Positions 41,239 through 50,646 of a stretch of 64,000 nt of DNA are shown one piece after another; the first letter of the stretch is position 1; each line of letters opens with the position of its first letter. Position numbers and translations under genes: made by a program. This DNA is from an uncultured Thiobacillus sp. (GTDB lineage Bacteria; Pseudomonadota; Gammaproteobacteria; Burkholderiales; Thiobacillaceae): contig CAYOJA010000001.1 in assembly GCA_964404175.1 (NCBI GenBank), forward strand, positions 29,506 to 93,505, given 5' to 3'. A model generated the notes under the pieces. That model was not told where the DNA came from. It worked only from the letters and a program-made list of their open reading frames with translations, and did not search any database.

Positions 41239-41760
41239 CTATTCGTTAAGGCTGATCACCGCACGTCTTGCGCCAGGGTTCGTGCTGGGCGGATGCTCGA
41301 TGCAGCATCGCGAATCGACTTTGATATTCCGTTTCGGGATTCCATTGGCGCGCATATAAACCGCGACCGCCATCCCGCGCTTGTACGCTAGGGTTTCGTT
41401 AAATCGCTTCTTGCCTATCTGATCCGTGCTGCCAAGAATCAGAAAACGTCTAGCGCCACGATGTCGTTCTAGGAATGCCTTGAGCTTGGCTTTCTCGGTC
41501 TGACTGAGCCGGGCCGAAGCCAACGCAAAACGAACTGAAGTAGAGGAATGCACGGTGACCGGCTTAGCAGCGCTATCCGGTACCCTCGCGGGCATGGGAA
41601 CGGCTACAGGCAGGTCAAGCACCTTCGCCGTTCTTACAGGGCAATCTCCTTGATGACACATGACATAAGCGCTAATGGAATCGGACTGCATCACTTGCCA
41701 GTCGGCACCCATCGACGAACCTGCCCAGACCAGGGCAAGCAATGTGAACATGCGTTTCAT
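41239..41760 (-). CDS. OmpA-family peptidoglycan-binding protein (position of GGI yag)
   Basis: VRFALASARL, GSTDQIG..NETLAYKRG..V. Confidence 0.85.
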   Translation of the reverse strand: MKRMFTLLALVWAGSSMGADWQVMQSDSISAYVMCHQGDCPVRTAKVLDLPVAVPMPARVPDSAAKPVTVHSSTSVRFALASARLSQTEKAKLKAFLERHRGARRFLILGSTDQIGKKRFNETLAYKRGMAVAVYMRANGIPKRNIKVDSRCCIEHPPSTNPGARRAVISLNE

Positions 41761-42188
41761 GAGGATTTCCTCATTGCCCGGTAGACTTTCCAGGCATAGC
41801 CATTTCGTGCACGGCGGCACGCATCGCCTTTAAGTCGCGTGCATGCCGCGTTGTACGCACCGACCGCTTCCCACGAAGCGCCATATCGAGTGAAGTTGTT
41901 AGCCAGCACCCAGGCACCCAGCTTGACGCTGGTACAGGGATCATAGAGGTGGGCCTCGGTGTATCCGAGCGACTTGATAGGGTTCCTCCGCAGCCACCGG
42001 GTATTGATCTGCATCAGCCCAATGTCCTGAGACTGCGTACTCGCTGTGTGAGTGCTGTTAACCACATGCGGTCTCATATTCGACTCAACTTGGGCCACTG
42101 CCTTCAGCAATAGTGGTGAGACCCCATACATCTCCCCCGCCTCATCAAAACAGAAGGCGTGGGCTTGGGTATAAAAAAGGGCCGTCAT
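41757..42188 (-). CDS. Lytic transglycosylase (position of GGI ltgX)
   Basis: AHAFCFDEAG, AVAQVESN, DIGLMQIN, AVGAYNA; start 42188 or 42221. Confidence 0.9.
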   Translation of the reverse strand: MTALFYTQAHAFCFDEAGEMYGVSPLLLKAVAQVESNMRPHVVNSTHTASTQSQDIGLMQINTRWLRRNPIKSLGYTEAHLYDPCTSVKLGAWVLANNFTRYGASWEAVGAYNAACTRLKGDACRRARNGYAWKVYRAMRKSS

Positions 42189-42228
42189 GAGGACAACCCA
42201 AGGGGAGGAGAGGGAAACCATGGGGCGA

Positions 42229-42296
42229 ATGCTATGGATGCGCTCATCCCGCTTCCAGCGGAAATCAAAAGAATGTTTTTTTGATTGATTGCTGAA
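42229..42296 (-). promoter_or_regulatory. tra promoter A: 22-bp box + 36 bp + TCCATAGCAT
   Basis: Minus strand TTCAGCAATCAATCAAAAAAAC (42296-42275) and TCCATAGCAT (42238-42229); both match 57608-57675. Confidence 0.7.
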
Positions 42297-42753
42297 AACA
42301 AAATCAGAAATGGATAAAATGATCGGTTGCCCAAAAAAAGAAAACCCAATAAGGGACAAGGGACTTACCCGAAAGGGCTTGTTCGCTTGAATAGACGCGA
42401 ACACAAAGGAATACGGGGGCTTAAGGGAAACGGCTTACTGGTTAAGGGCTAAAAATGGCTGGACAAAGAGCGCCCACCAGCGTGCGTCCTAGCGGAAATC
42501 ACCAAAAAAGTTTTTGAGAGTAAAGGCTCAGACTTGACCTGACAAACAGTGAAAGTACGGGTCACCCCTGCGTTACTGGGTGGCCGGTGTAGGACAGCAA
42601 GCGGTCGGTCGTGAAACCAGCGCGTACTTCTGCTGATCGGCCTTTGCTGCCGGTGGCGTTGGCTGAGTTGAATGGCCGGTGTCGCGCAGATTGCCGACGT
42701 TGACGCGATAGGCTGCGTGAACGGCCGCTTTCGTCAGTGGGAAGGGACAGCAC

Positions 42754-43647
42754 TCAACTCTCTTCCAGCCACTTACGCAACTCCAATGATGCCAAGTCGA
42801 CGAATGCCCGCAGCTTGGGCGGCATGAAGCGCTGGCGAGGGTAGACGAGGTGGATCGGGTCGGCCTTCGCATGCCACTCGGGCAGCACGCGCACTAGCCT
42901 GTCACCATCGCTTTCATGTCGGCAGAGGTAGAGCGGCAACAGGGCAACGCCTTCACTGGCCAGCGCCATCGAGCGGATCACGCCGATGTCGTTCACCATC
43001 ACCTGGCCGGACATGGGTATGGTAACGCTGTCACGCTTGTTGCTCAGCGTCCAGGCCTCCTTGCCTAGCGGCGTGAACTGCAGGCAGCTGTGCTGGGAAA
43101 GCGCCTGCGGCGTAGTTAGCTTCGGAGCTGATTTCAGATAGCCCGGGCTGGCAAAGGGTGCCCAGCGCGCGATGCCGACGTTCTTGGCGACCAGCGTTGA
43201 GTCCTTCAGGCTGCCTGTCCGGATGGCCACATCGACGCCCTCGGCGATGAGATCCACATAGCGGTTCATCAGTACCATCTCGATACTGACCTTGGAGCAA
43301 TGGTGCCGCATCTGGTTGATGATCTCGGCCAAGATGAGGTCGCCGACGTCCGCAGGCGCCGTCACTCGCAACAGTCCTTTCGGTTCGCCAGCCGATTCGG
43401 TCACTGCGGCTTCCGCATCGAGCATGTGGCCCAGCCCGGTCGACGCGTGCTGGTAGTACAACTCGCCGGCTTCGGTCAGGTGCAGGCGGCGCGTGGTCCG
43501 CTGCAAGAGAGTGACCCCCAAACGCCTTTCCAGGCGCGCAACGCGGGTGCTAACCGTCGAGGTCGGCAGGCCAAGCAGTCGGGCCGCCGCGCTGAAACTC
43601 CCGGCTTCAACTACCTTGACGAAAACTGCAGCTTCGTTGAGATCCAT
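42754..43647 (-). CDS. LysR-family regulator (CrgA/DmlR-like)
   Basis: FVKVVEAGSFSAAA..L HTH, LLQRTTRRLHLTEAG, PPKLRAFVD. Confidence 0.95.
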   Translation of the reverse strand: MDLNEAAVFVKVVEAGSFSAAARLLGLPTSTVSTRVARLERRLGVTLLQRTTRRLHLTEAGELYYQHASTGLGHMLDAEAAVTESAGEPKGLLRVTAPADVGDLILAEIINQMRHHCSKVSIEMVLMNRYVDLIAEGVDVAIRTGSLKDSTLVAKNVGIARWAPFASPGYLKSAPKLTTPQALSQHSCLQFTPLGKEAWTLSNKRDSVTIPMSGQVMVNDIGVIRSMALASEGVALLPLYLCRHESDGDRLVRVLPEWHAKADPIHLVYPRQRFMPPKLRAFVDLASLELRKWLEES

Positions 43648-43743
43648 TTTTCATTTAATTGAAAAGTATTTCCATATTTAACCATCTAGTCGAGGAAATG
43701 TCTGCCCTCTACAGTACGAACCATCAACCCAAGGAGAGCAGTC

Positions 43744-44610
43744 ATGAAAAAACTCGCATTCATCAAACGCAGCAACGGCAGCCACTGGGTCGGCGACGGA
43801 TTCCCGGTGAGGAGCATCTTTTCCTATAACGATATCGCAGAGGAATTGTCGCCCTTCCTGCTGATGGACTACGCCGGCCCGACCGATTTCCCGCCGACCA
43901 CGCACAAGCTCGGCGTTGGCCAGCACCCGCATCGTGGCTTCGAGACGGTAACCATCGTCTACGAAGGCGGCGTTTCGCACCGTGACTCGTCGGGCGGCGG
44001 CGGCGCCATCGGCCCGGGTGATGTTCAGTGGATGACGGCTGCGTCCGGGCTGATCCATGAGGAATACCACAGCCCGGCTTTCGCCGAAAAAGGCGGAACT
44101 TTCGAGATGATCCAGCTCTGGGTCAATCTGCCTGCCAAGGACAAGATGTCGTCCCCCGGCTACCAGGGCATCACCACCGACCAGATTCCGGAAGTCGAGC
44201 TGCCCGGCCAGGCCGGCATAGCACGCATCATCGCAGGCCGTTACGGCGATGTGAGCGGCCCGGCGCGCACCTTCACCCCAATGAACGTCTGGGATCTGCA
44301 GTTGAAGGCCGGCCACCGCGTATCGCTCGACCTTCCCGAGGGCTATACAACGGCGCTCTTCGTGTTGCGCGGCGCCATTCGCACGAAGGACCACTACACC
44401 GTGCGCACTGCCGAACTGGCAGTCATGCAGCGCGCCGAAAGCCGCCTCGAGTTTGACGTGGCCGAAGACACGACGCTGCTGCTGCTGAACGGCGAGCCGT
44501 TGAACGAGCCTGTCGTCGGCCATGGTCCCTTCGTGATGAATACCCGCGAGGAAATCGTGCAGGCGATCAACGATTACAACAGTGGCCGCTTCGGACAAAT
44601 CGGCCATTGA
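43744..44610 (+). CDS. Pirin-family protein
   Basis: PFLLMDY, HPHRGFETVT, WMTAASGLIHEE, QLWVNLP. Confidence 0.95.
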   Translation: MKKLAFIKRSNGSHWVGDGFPVRSIFSYNDIAEELSPFLLMDYAGPTDFPPTTHKLGVGQHPHRGFETVTIVYEGGVSHRDSSGGGGAIGPGDVQWMTAASGLIHEEYHSPAFAEKGGTFEMIQLWVNLPAKDKMSSPGYQGITTDQIPEVELPGQAGIARIIAGRYGDVSGPARTFTPMNVWDLQLKAGHRVSLDLPEGYTTALFVLRGAIRTKDHYTVRTAELAVMQRAESRLEFDVAEDTTLLLLNGEPLNEPVVGHGPFVMNTREEIVQAINDYNSGRFGQIGH

Positions 44611-44645
44611 CCCAGCAGTCCCATCAACCCAAAAGGAGAATACCA

Positions 44646-45059
44646 ATGAGCAACACCGTCTTTGATCGAAATGATTTCGGCCATCTGGCAGGCCGTATTC
44701 TGATGGCAGTGATCTTCGTGGCCGCCGGAATTGGCAAGCTGACCGCCTTTCAAGGCACTGTCGGCTATATCGCAAGCCAAGGGGTACCGCTGCCAAGCCT
44801 GGCCGCAGTCGCGACCATTTGTCTGGAAATCGGTGGCGGCATGATGCTGATCCTGGGTTTCAAGGCACGCTGGGCCGCCGCTGCTTTAGGCCTGTTCACC
44901 ATCGTTGCCGGTCTGATATTCCACAACTTCTGGGCCGCCTCACCTGACCAGTTCCAGAATCAGTTGATCCACTTCCAAAAGAATCTGGCGATGGCAGGCG
45001 GGTTGCTTTACCTGGTTCTGCACGGCAGCGGGCGTTACAGCCTGGGAAAGCGTGGATGA
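44646..45059 (+). CDS. DoxX-family membrane protein
   Basis: GRILMAVIF..GIGK, EIGGG, FQKNLAMAGGLL. Confidence 0.92.
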   Translation: MSNTVFDRNDFGHLAGRILMAVIFVAAGIGKLTAFQGTVGYIASQGVPLPSLAAVATICLEIGGGMMLILGFKARWAAAALGLFTIVAGLIFHNFWAASPDQFQNQLIHFQKNLAMAGGLLYLVLHGSGRYSLGKRG

Positions 45060-45229
45060 ACTGATACCTAGATTTTCCCGACCTACCTGTTGCTGATCGA
45101 GAGTTACGGCAAGGAGAGGTCGTGAAAAACCGCGAAGTGCTGGATTCCCAGCGCTAATCGGTAACGGATTTCACTGCCGATTTAGCGGAGGAATCCATGT
45201 TTGAAACCTAACTTGAGAAGGAGAGAATC

Positions 45230-45871
45230 ATGGCAAGTGAGCCTATTCGTGATCAAAAGAACGATCAACTGCTGACACCGCAAAACGCCGCTTTCATCGT
45301 CATCGACTACCAGCCGGTCCAGGTGAATTCGATCGCCTCGATGGATCGTCAGCTGCTGGTCAACAATATTGTCGGCACGGCAAAGGCTGCTGTGGCCTAC
45401 GGCCTGCCGATCGTGCATTCCACGGTTAACGTCAAGACTGGCCTCAACAAGCCGCCCATCGCGCAGTTGCGCAAAGTGCTCGATAAATTTCCCACTGTTG
45501 ACCGTACCACGATCAACTCGTGGGAGGACGTGGAGTTTCGCAAGGCTGTTGAGGCCACCGGCCGAAAGAAACTCATCATGACAGCACTCTGGACCGAGGC
45601 CTGCCTGACGTTCCCGGCGCTGGATGCGCTCGCGGCAGGTTACGAGGTTTATGTCGTTGCTGATGCCGTCGGCGGTACGTCGGTGACAGCCCACGAGATG
45701 GCCCTGCGCCGGATCGAACAGGCAGGCGGCAAGATGATCAGTGTGCCGCAGTTGTTCTGTGAACTTCAGCGCGACTGGCAACGCAAAGAAACCGTACCGG
45801 CCTTCATGAACCTGTTCATCGAAACAGGTGGAACCGCCGGCCTCCAGTTTGGATATGACAAATACGAGTAA
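45230..45871 (+). CDS. Isochorismatase-family hydrolase (YcaC-like)
   Basis: IDYQP, RTTINSWED, ALWTEACLTFPALDA. Confidence 0.92.
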   Translation: MASEPIRDQKNDQLLTPQNAAFIVIDYQPVQVNSIASMDRQLLVNNIVGTAKAAVAYGLPIVHSTVNVKTGLNKPPIAQLRKVLDKFPTVDRTTINSWEDVEFRKAVEATGRKKLIMTALWTEACLTFPALDALAAGYEVYVVADAVGGTSVTAHEMALRRIEQAGGKMISVPQLFCELQRDWQRKETVPAFMNLFIETGGTAGLQFGYDKYE

Positions 45872-45932
45872 TCGTCCGACGCTCCCACCCGCAAGGGTCG
45901 GGGCGCCTCGCTTTCACCGAAAGAGAATTCCC

Positions 45933-46541
45933 ATGTGCAAACTACTGCAACTCAAGACCAGTCTTTTCTCCAGCGGCGGACAGTCTAGCCAACTCTCTGA
46001 CGCCTTCGTCGCCGCCTGGCGTGCCAGCCACCCCGGAGCCAAGATCGTGACTCGCGACTTCGCCATCGATCCTGTGCCGCATCTCGACGGGGCGTGCTTC
46101 CAGGCATTTCTCGCCAAACCGGAGGAGCGCAGCGCAGAGCAGCAGGCCAGGGTCGCTTACTCTGACGCGCTGATCGAAGAAGTGAAGGCTGCCGATGTCC
46201 TCGTCATTGGTTTGCCGATGTACAACCTTGGCATGCCATCGATGCTGAAAGCTTATTTCGACCACATTGCCCGCGCTGGCATCACCTTCCGCTATACCGA
46301 GAATGGTCCGGAAGGATTGCTCTCTGGCAAGAAGGTTTATGTCTTTGCGGCGCGCGGCGGTCGCTATGTTGGAACGCCTTTCGATGTCCAGACCGGGTAT
46401 GTACGCAACTTTCTCGGCTTCATCGGCATTACCGATGTCGAGTTCGTCTATGCCGAGGGGCTGAACATGGGCGAAGAGAGCAAGGCTGCCGGGTTGAATA
46501 CCGCACACGCAGAGCTGGTGCGCATCGCTGCCTGGGCGTAA
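45933..46541 (+). CDS. azoR: FMN-dependent NADH-azoreductase
   Basis: PMYNLGMPSMLKAYFDHIARAG.TF.Y, ARGG, FIGITDV. Confidence 0.92.
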   Translation: MCKLLQLKTSLFSSGGQSSQLSDAFVAAWRASHPGAKIVTRDFAIDPVPHLDGACFQAFLAKPEERSAEQQARVAYSDALIEEVKAADVLVIGLPMYNLGMPSMLKAYFDHIARAGITFRYTENGPEGLLSGKKVYVFAARGGRYVGTPFDVQTGYVRNFLGFIGITDVEFVYAEGLNMGEESKAAGLNTAHAELVRIAAWA

Positions 46542-46595
46542 ATTGCACCGTTAGCAAACCAGGTGTTTAGGCACACCAGAGCCGACGAGAATCCT

Positions 46596-47180
46596 ATGGG
46601 AAAGAACCGACTGGAAGCTTTCAGCGACGGCGTGCTGGCCATCATCATCACGATCATGGTGCTGGAGATGAAGGTGCCGCACGGCGAGACCCTGACGGTC
46701 TTGGCGCTGGTAGCACCCGTGTTTCTCAGCTATATCCTGAGCTTTGTCTACATTGGCATCTACTGGAACAACCATCATCACCTGTTGCACACAGTGAAGC
46801 GGGTTTCGGGCCCCATTCTGTGGGCCAATCTGCATTTGCTGTTTTGGCTTTCGCTGTTTCCTTTCGCGACGGGATGGATGGGGGAGAACCATTTTGCGCC
46901 GCTACCCACCGCACTTTATGGAGTCGTCTTGCTCATGGCATCGCTAGGCTATCTGATATTGCAGTGGCTAATCGTTTCTAATGAGGGTGAACGATCCTTG
47001 CTCAAGCGAGCCATTGGGCACGACTGGAAAGGGAAGGTTTCCGTGCTTTTCTACATTACAGCCATCGGCGCCGCGTTTTGGCTACCCAGGATAGCGCAAT
47101 TGCTCTACATCGTTGTTGCGTTAATGTGGTTGTTTCCTGACCGTCGCATCGAGCGGATCCTTCATCAAGAAGAAGACTGA
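46596..47180 (+). CDS. TMEM175/DUF1211-family K+ channel
   Basis: RLEAFSDGVLAIIITIMVLE, YWNNHH. Confidence 0.9.
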   Translation: MGKNRLEAFSDGVLAIIITIMVLEMKVPHGETLTVLALVAPVFLSYILSFVYIGIYWNNHHHLLHTVKRVSGPILWANLHLLFWLSLFPFATGWMGENHFAPLPTALYGVVLLMASLGYLILQWLIVSNEGERSLLKRAIGHDWKGKVSVLFYITAIGAAFWLPRIAQLLYIVVALMWLFPDRRIERILHQEED

Positions 47181-47488
47181 CGAATAGAAGTCCCATGTTC
47201 GCGATCGCCAAAATCGCATCACGCAGGCCAAGTGGGAAGCAGACGTTTGATGTGACGGACTAGCTTTCGACCGCTCTGGAGACGTGAGCGGACATAATTG
47301 ACTGGCTAGGCCGAAGTCGGCTTCGGCCGACGACCCGCCTGTCTGAGAGAGCCTCCCACCGTCGCTTCTTCGGGGCCAAAGCGGTCACACGAAGTGGGCC
47401 CACGGAACGCAGTGTGGGGCAACTCCCTAGTTACAGGGTTGGCTGGCCAGGGGTCTTTTGCTGCAAGGTTCCATGTTATAAGAATTTA

Positions 47489-47512
47489 TATGTTATATTT
47501 TTCTATAACATA
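47489..47512. promoter_or_regulatory. Palindromic operator upstream of the WYL gene
   Basis: TATGTTATA-TTTTTC-TATAACATA, 5 bp before ATG 47518; extra half-site ATGTTATA at 47473-47480. Confidence 0.75.
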
Positions 47513-47517
47513 CGGAA

Positions 47518-48384
47518 ATGTACATGGACCAACGGAACGACAGCCCGCAACAACGCCTTACCCTTCTGGAGCTTTTGCTGGTTTGGGAAGGGCGTATTTA
47601 CCGTTCGCGGGTATGCGAGCTGTTCGGTATTGGTTTGCCACGGGCCAGCCAATGGATCAAGGAAATCCGCGACCTGAACCCCACCTGGATGCAATGGGAC
47701 AGCAAGTCCAGGAGCTACTTCGCTACGCCTGATTTCTATAAGCGGTACACCAAGGCTACTCAGGCAAACATTTCCGAATCGCTTTCCCGCTACCTGTCCA
47801 TGGTCGGGCTTCCCTATGCGTCGGCCATGGAAGAAGGCGGTTCAGTGGCCTGGTCGGCGACACCAAGCATCACCGCCCCGGCACCCAAAACATTTGCAAG
47901 CCTCGGGAATGCGATCAGACAGGCAAAGGCCGTCGAAATCGAATACATGTCGATGAGCGAACCGGCTCCTCATCGCCGCACGATCTATCCGCACAGCCTG
48001 GTTCTCGCCGGCCGCAGGTGGCATGTGCGCGCCTACAGCGAAGCGCATCAGGAATTCCGGGATTACGCACTGGGGCGAATCCTCGAGGTGAAGCCTTTAG
48101 CGCGTCCCGCGGATCGCACCCGATTCGATGACTCCGACTGGTACACCAAGGTCAAGGTACGCCTGGTCGCCCACCCTGACCTTTCTCCAGCACAGGCCAG
48201 AGTGATCCAGGCCGAATACTTCAACGGGACAGCGAGCCGCGTCGAAACCTGCCGCGCGGCGCTGGTCCCCTATTTCATTCAGGACATACACGCTGCGACG
48301 GACACGAAGATCCAGCATGCGCCCGAGTACCTAATCGCCGTTGAAAACGCACGGGAGGTATCCAAGTGGCTTTTCAACCGCTAG
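47518..48384 (+). CDS. wHTH-WYL transcriptional regulator, CapW/BrxR-like
   Basis: RLTLLELLLVWEGRIYRS..LFGI wHTH; IEYMSMS, IYPHSLV.AGRRWHVRAY, FRDYALGRI WYL domain. Confidence 0.9.
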   Translation: MYMDQRNDSPQQRLTLLELLLVWEGRIYRSRVCELFGIGLPRASQWIKEIRDLNPTWMQWDSKSRSYFATPDFYKRYTKATQANISESLSRYLSMVGLPYASAMEEGGSVAWSATPSITAPAPKTFASLGNAIRQAKAVEIEYMSMSEPAPHRRTIYPHSLVLAGRRWHVRAYSEAHQEFRDYALGRILEVKPLARPADRTRFDDSDWYTKVKVRLVAHPDLSPAQARVIQAEYFNGTASRVETCRAALVPYFIQDIHAATDTKIQHAPEYLIAVENAREVSKWLFNR

Positions 48385-48502
48385 GCGCTGGCGGCGCTGC
48401 CGCCTCCCTTCTGTTCAAGAATCTGACTTCAGCAAGAGAGGCAATGCAAGAAGTGCTAAGAAAACGCGGCGATTTATTAACCAACGTACCAGCGTGCCAG
48501 TG

Positions 48503-49867
48503 ATGGAGTGGATTCCCCTAATAGCATCTACTCTGAGGCTGGTCGATCTGCACGACAGCGATCGCGCCTACGGTAGCCCACCCAACTTCACGCGTGAATC
48601 AAGGACAGGCAACTCTGACGGGATTTATCTCGATATTGCCTTTAACATTATCCATCGCCTGAAGTTGCTTGATCAAAGTACAAGCCAGGACTACCTCCCA
48701 TTCTCGGTCATCCTGAACGCCGTCAAGGAAGAGCGCCCTGAGACGGCTGATGCTGACGTTCAGTACGTCCTCAATGTACTGCGGCGGCCCTCTGAACTTT
48801 TCTATCTAACAAGCGTTGTCGGCCAACGGACAAAGGTCTGCCACTCGGAGAGACGCGAGACAGCACTTATCGAGAAAACCGATTACGCTGACGAATACAG
48901 GCTGTCGGCATCCGGCCGGCTGCTCCTGTCCTTGGCGAACGTGGCCCGAGATGCCACGTACTTGCGAGGCGATGCCTACAACCTACTGCATGCCATCGAA
49001 TTCAACGATTTCCCGAAGATCCTGACTTTCGCGGATGGCATCGTTGCTCAGCTACGAAACGAGATTCTGGAAGTGCGGTCCGCCCTGGAACGTGTCGGAC
49101 GAACAGAAACGGTAGACAAGTACCTGGACCGGCTTGATCAATACAAGCAGGTCGTCGAAGAAACCATCGGCATCGCCCAGCAAGCTGAATCCAGGCTGGA
49201 GCAAAGCGACGTTCTGGATGCATTCGAGCGCTGGCAGGAGGCGGCCGACATGGACCTCACCTTCGATTACCTGCGCAACCAGATCAACCATGTCCGCCAG
49301 GTCCTGCTGATTTTCAACCGTCTCCTCTCAGAGCTAGTGAGCCTGGCGTTGCAGGGGGAGCGTTCGGCGGTGCCGCCGCCCTCGTTCATCGAAACCGCGG
49401 CGCAATTCATTCGTTCCCCGCTCACGCCAGAGAAAGAGAGTTTCCTGCTCAACCAGTGGGGGGCAATGATTCTGGAAACACCATTTCACTCGGCTCTCGA
49501 TGGGCTCGGCGCAATCAAGCTGCGTACGATGGCTGAAGCCGTCCAGCCCATGGCCTTCCTGGACGAAACAGTCGAGACCGTTTCCGAGTTGGGCAAGGCG
49601 AGGTTCCTGGCGATGCATGGTCCAGAGATTGCCGCTGCGCTCAAGTCCGGACCACTACGCCTGTCCGACGCAATCGAGCGCGGCTGGTTCATGGTGGAAC
49701 AAGAGATGATGCTGGGAGATCTCGTTGGGATATTCGTTGCGCCAAACAGCATCCCTATTGCCGGCAACATCATGATCGGCGTCAGCACAACGCTCGACAG
49801 CAGAGTAGCTGGAGGCGGTGAATTCCTGTTCACCGACATCGAAATCACCGCAGTGGAGGAATCATGA
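48503..49867 (+). CDS. Putative kleisin-like subunit (JetA/MksF-like)
   Basis: YRLSASGRLLL wHTH-like end followed by a long helical region; position and size in the operon; inference only. Confidence 0.55.
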   Translation: MEWIPLIASTLRLVDLHDSDRAYGSPPNFTRESRTGNSDGIYLDIAFNIIHRLKLLDQSTSQDYLPFSVILNAVKEERPETADADVQYVLNVLRRPSELFYLTSVVGQRTKVCHSERRETALIEKTDYADEYRLSASGRLLLSLANVARDATYLRGDAYNLLHAIEFNDFPKILTFADGIVAQLRNEILEVRSALERVGRTETVDKYLDRLDQYKQVVEETIGIAQQAESRLEQSDVLDAFERWQEAADMDLTFDYLRNQINHVRQVLLIFNRLLSELVSLALQGERSAVPPPSFIETAAQFIRSPLTPEKESFLLNQWGAMILETPFHSALDGLGAIKLRTMAEAVQPMAFLDETVETVSELGKARFLAMHGPEIAAALKSGPLRLSDAIERGWFMVEQEMMLGDLVGIFVAPNSIPIAGNIMIGVSTTLDSRVAGGGEFLFTDIEITAVEES

Positions 49868-50646
49868 ACAACTCGGATATGGGCCGCGTCCACGCCTGGC
49901 TGTTACGCCATCGCATCGCCGAAACGAAGTCGAGCCGGCGAGCCATCAGCAAGGAGGAGCGCGAGATCGCCGGCCTGCTGCTCAACGCAGATCCCGCCCT
50001 GCGCATGCAGTTCGAGGAGATGCTGGAGGGTCAGGGATTGCAGTTAGTCTCTCTCACGTCATTCGATGCGAAGGGCATAGCGTCCGGCAGCACCGTGTTT
50101 ATGCTTGCCAGGAATCCCGACGCCGCCCCCCCTTTCTGGGGAACCGACCGTCTCGTGAGCCGCATGCTTCTCGTGAAAGGCATCGACACCGACGCGGAAG
50201 CCAAGACCTGGTTCACCCAGCTATGGTTCGTTTTGCTTGATTTGCTATACACGCGCAGAAACCGTGGCCCCAATGCCATGCAGGACTGGGTGGATACCGC
50301 TTTCTCCAAGGAAATCTTCATTGATTCCGTCAGGGACTATCTGAATGATCGCGTCAGAAAGATCGACCCATCCACGTTAGAAACCGACCGGGTGCACAAG
50401 ACCATGACCGGCCTAAAGGAAGGCGCGATCGCCCAGGCCTGCTACGCCTTTATCGAGTTGATGGTTGACGCCGGGCTGCTAGAAGAAATCGACAAGGACA
50501 TTTTCAGGCAAAGCCTGCTCTTTGCGTACGAGATGAAGTGCAATTTTGATCGACAACTCAAGACGCTGCTGCCCGAACAGGACAAGTTCCAGGCCGCAAG
50601 CGAGATACTGGTCGAGCACACCGACGAAGAAACGGAGGCTAAGTAA
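49864..50646 (+). CDS. Putative KITE/winged-helix subunit (JetB/MksE-like)
   Basis: 260 aa, C-terminal wHTH-like FIELMVDAGLLEE...FRQS; ATGA and TAATG coupling to neighbours; inference only. Confidence 0.55.
   Translation: MNNSDMGRVHAWLLRHRIAETKSSRRAISKEEREIAGLLLNADPALRMQFEEMLEGQGLQLVSLTSFDAKGIASGSTVFMLARNPDAAPPFWGTDRLVSRMLLVKGIDTDAEAKTWFTQLWFVLLDLLYTRRNRGPNAMQDWVDTAFSKEIFIDSVRDYLNDRVRKIDPSTLETDRVHKTMTGLKEGAIAQACYAFIELMVDAGLLEEIDKDIFRQSLLFAYEMKCNFDRQLKTLLPEQDKFQAASEILVEHTDEETEAK

Noticed and set aside
42573-42872. Small ORFs downstream of lysR
   Set aside because: No motif; they overlap the palindromic repeat cluster
48341-48502. Upstream extension of the JetA-like ORF; GGCGGC-GCT-GCCGCC hairpin at 48390-48404 as a terminator
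   Set aside because: Extension overlaps the WYL gene and is low complexity; hairpin lacks a convincing U-tract
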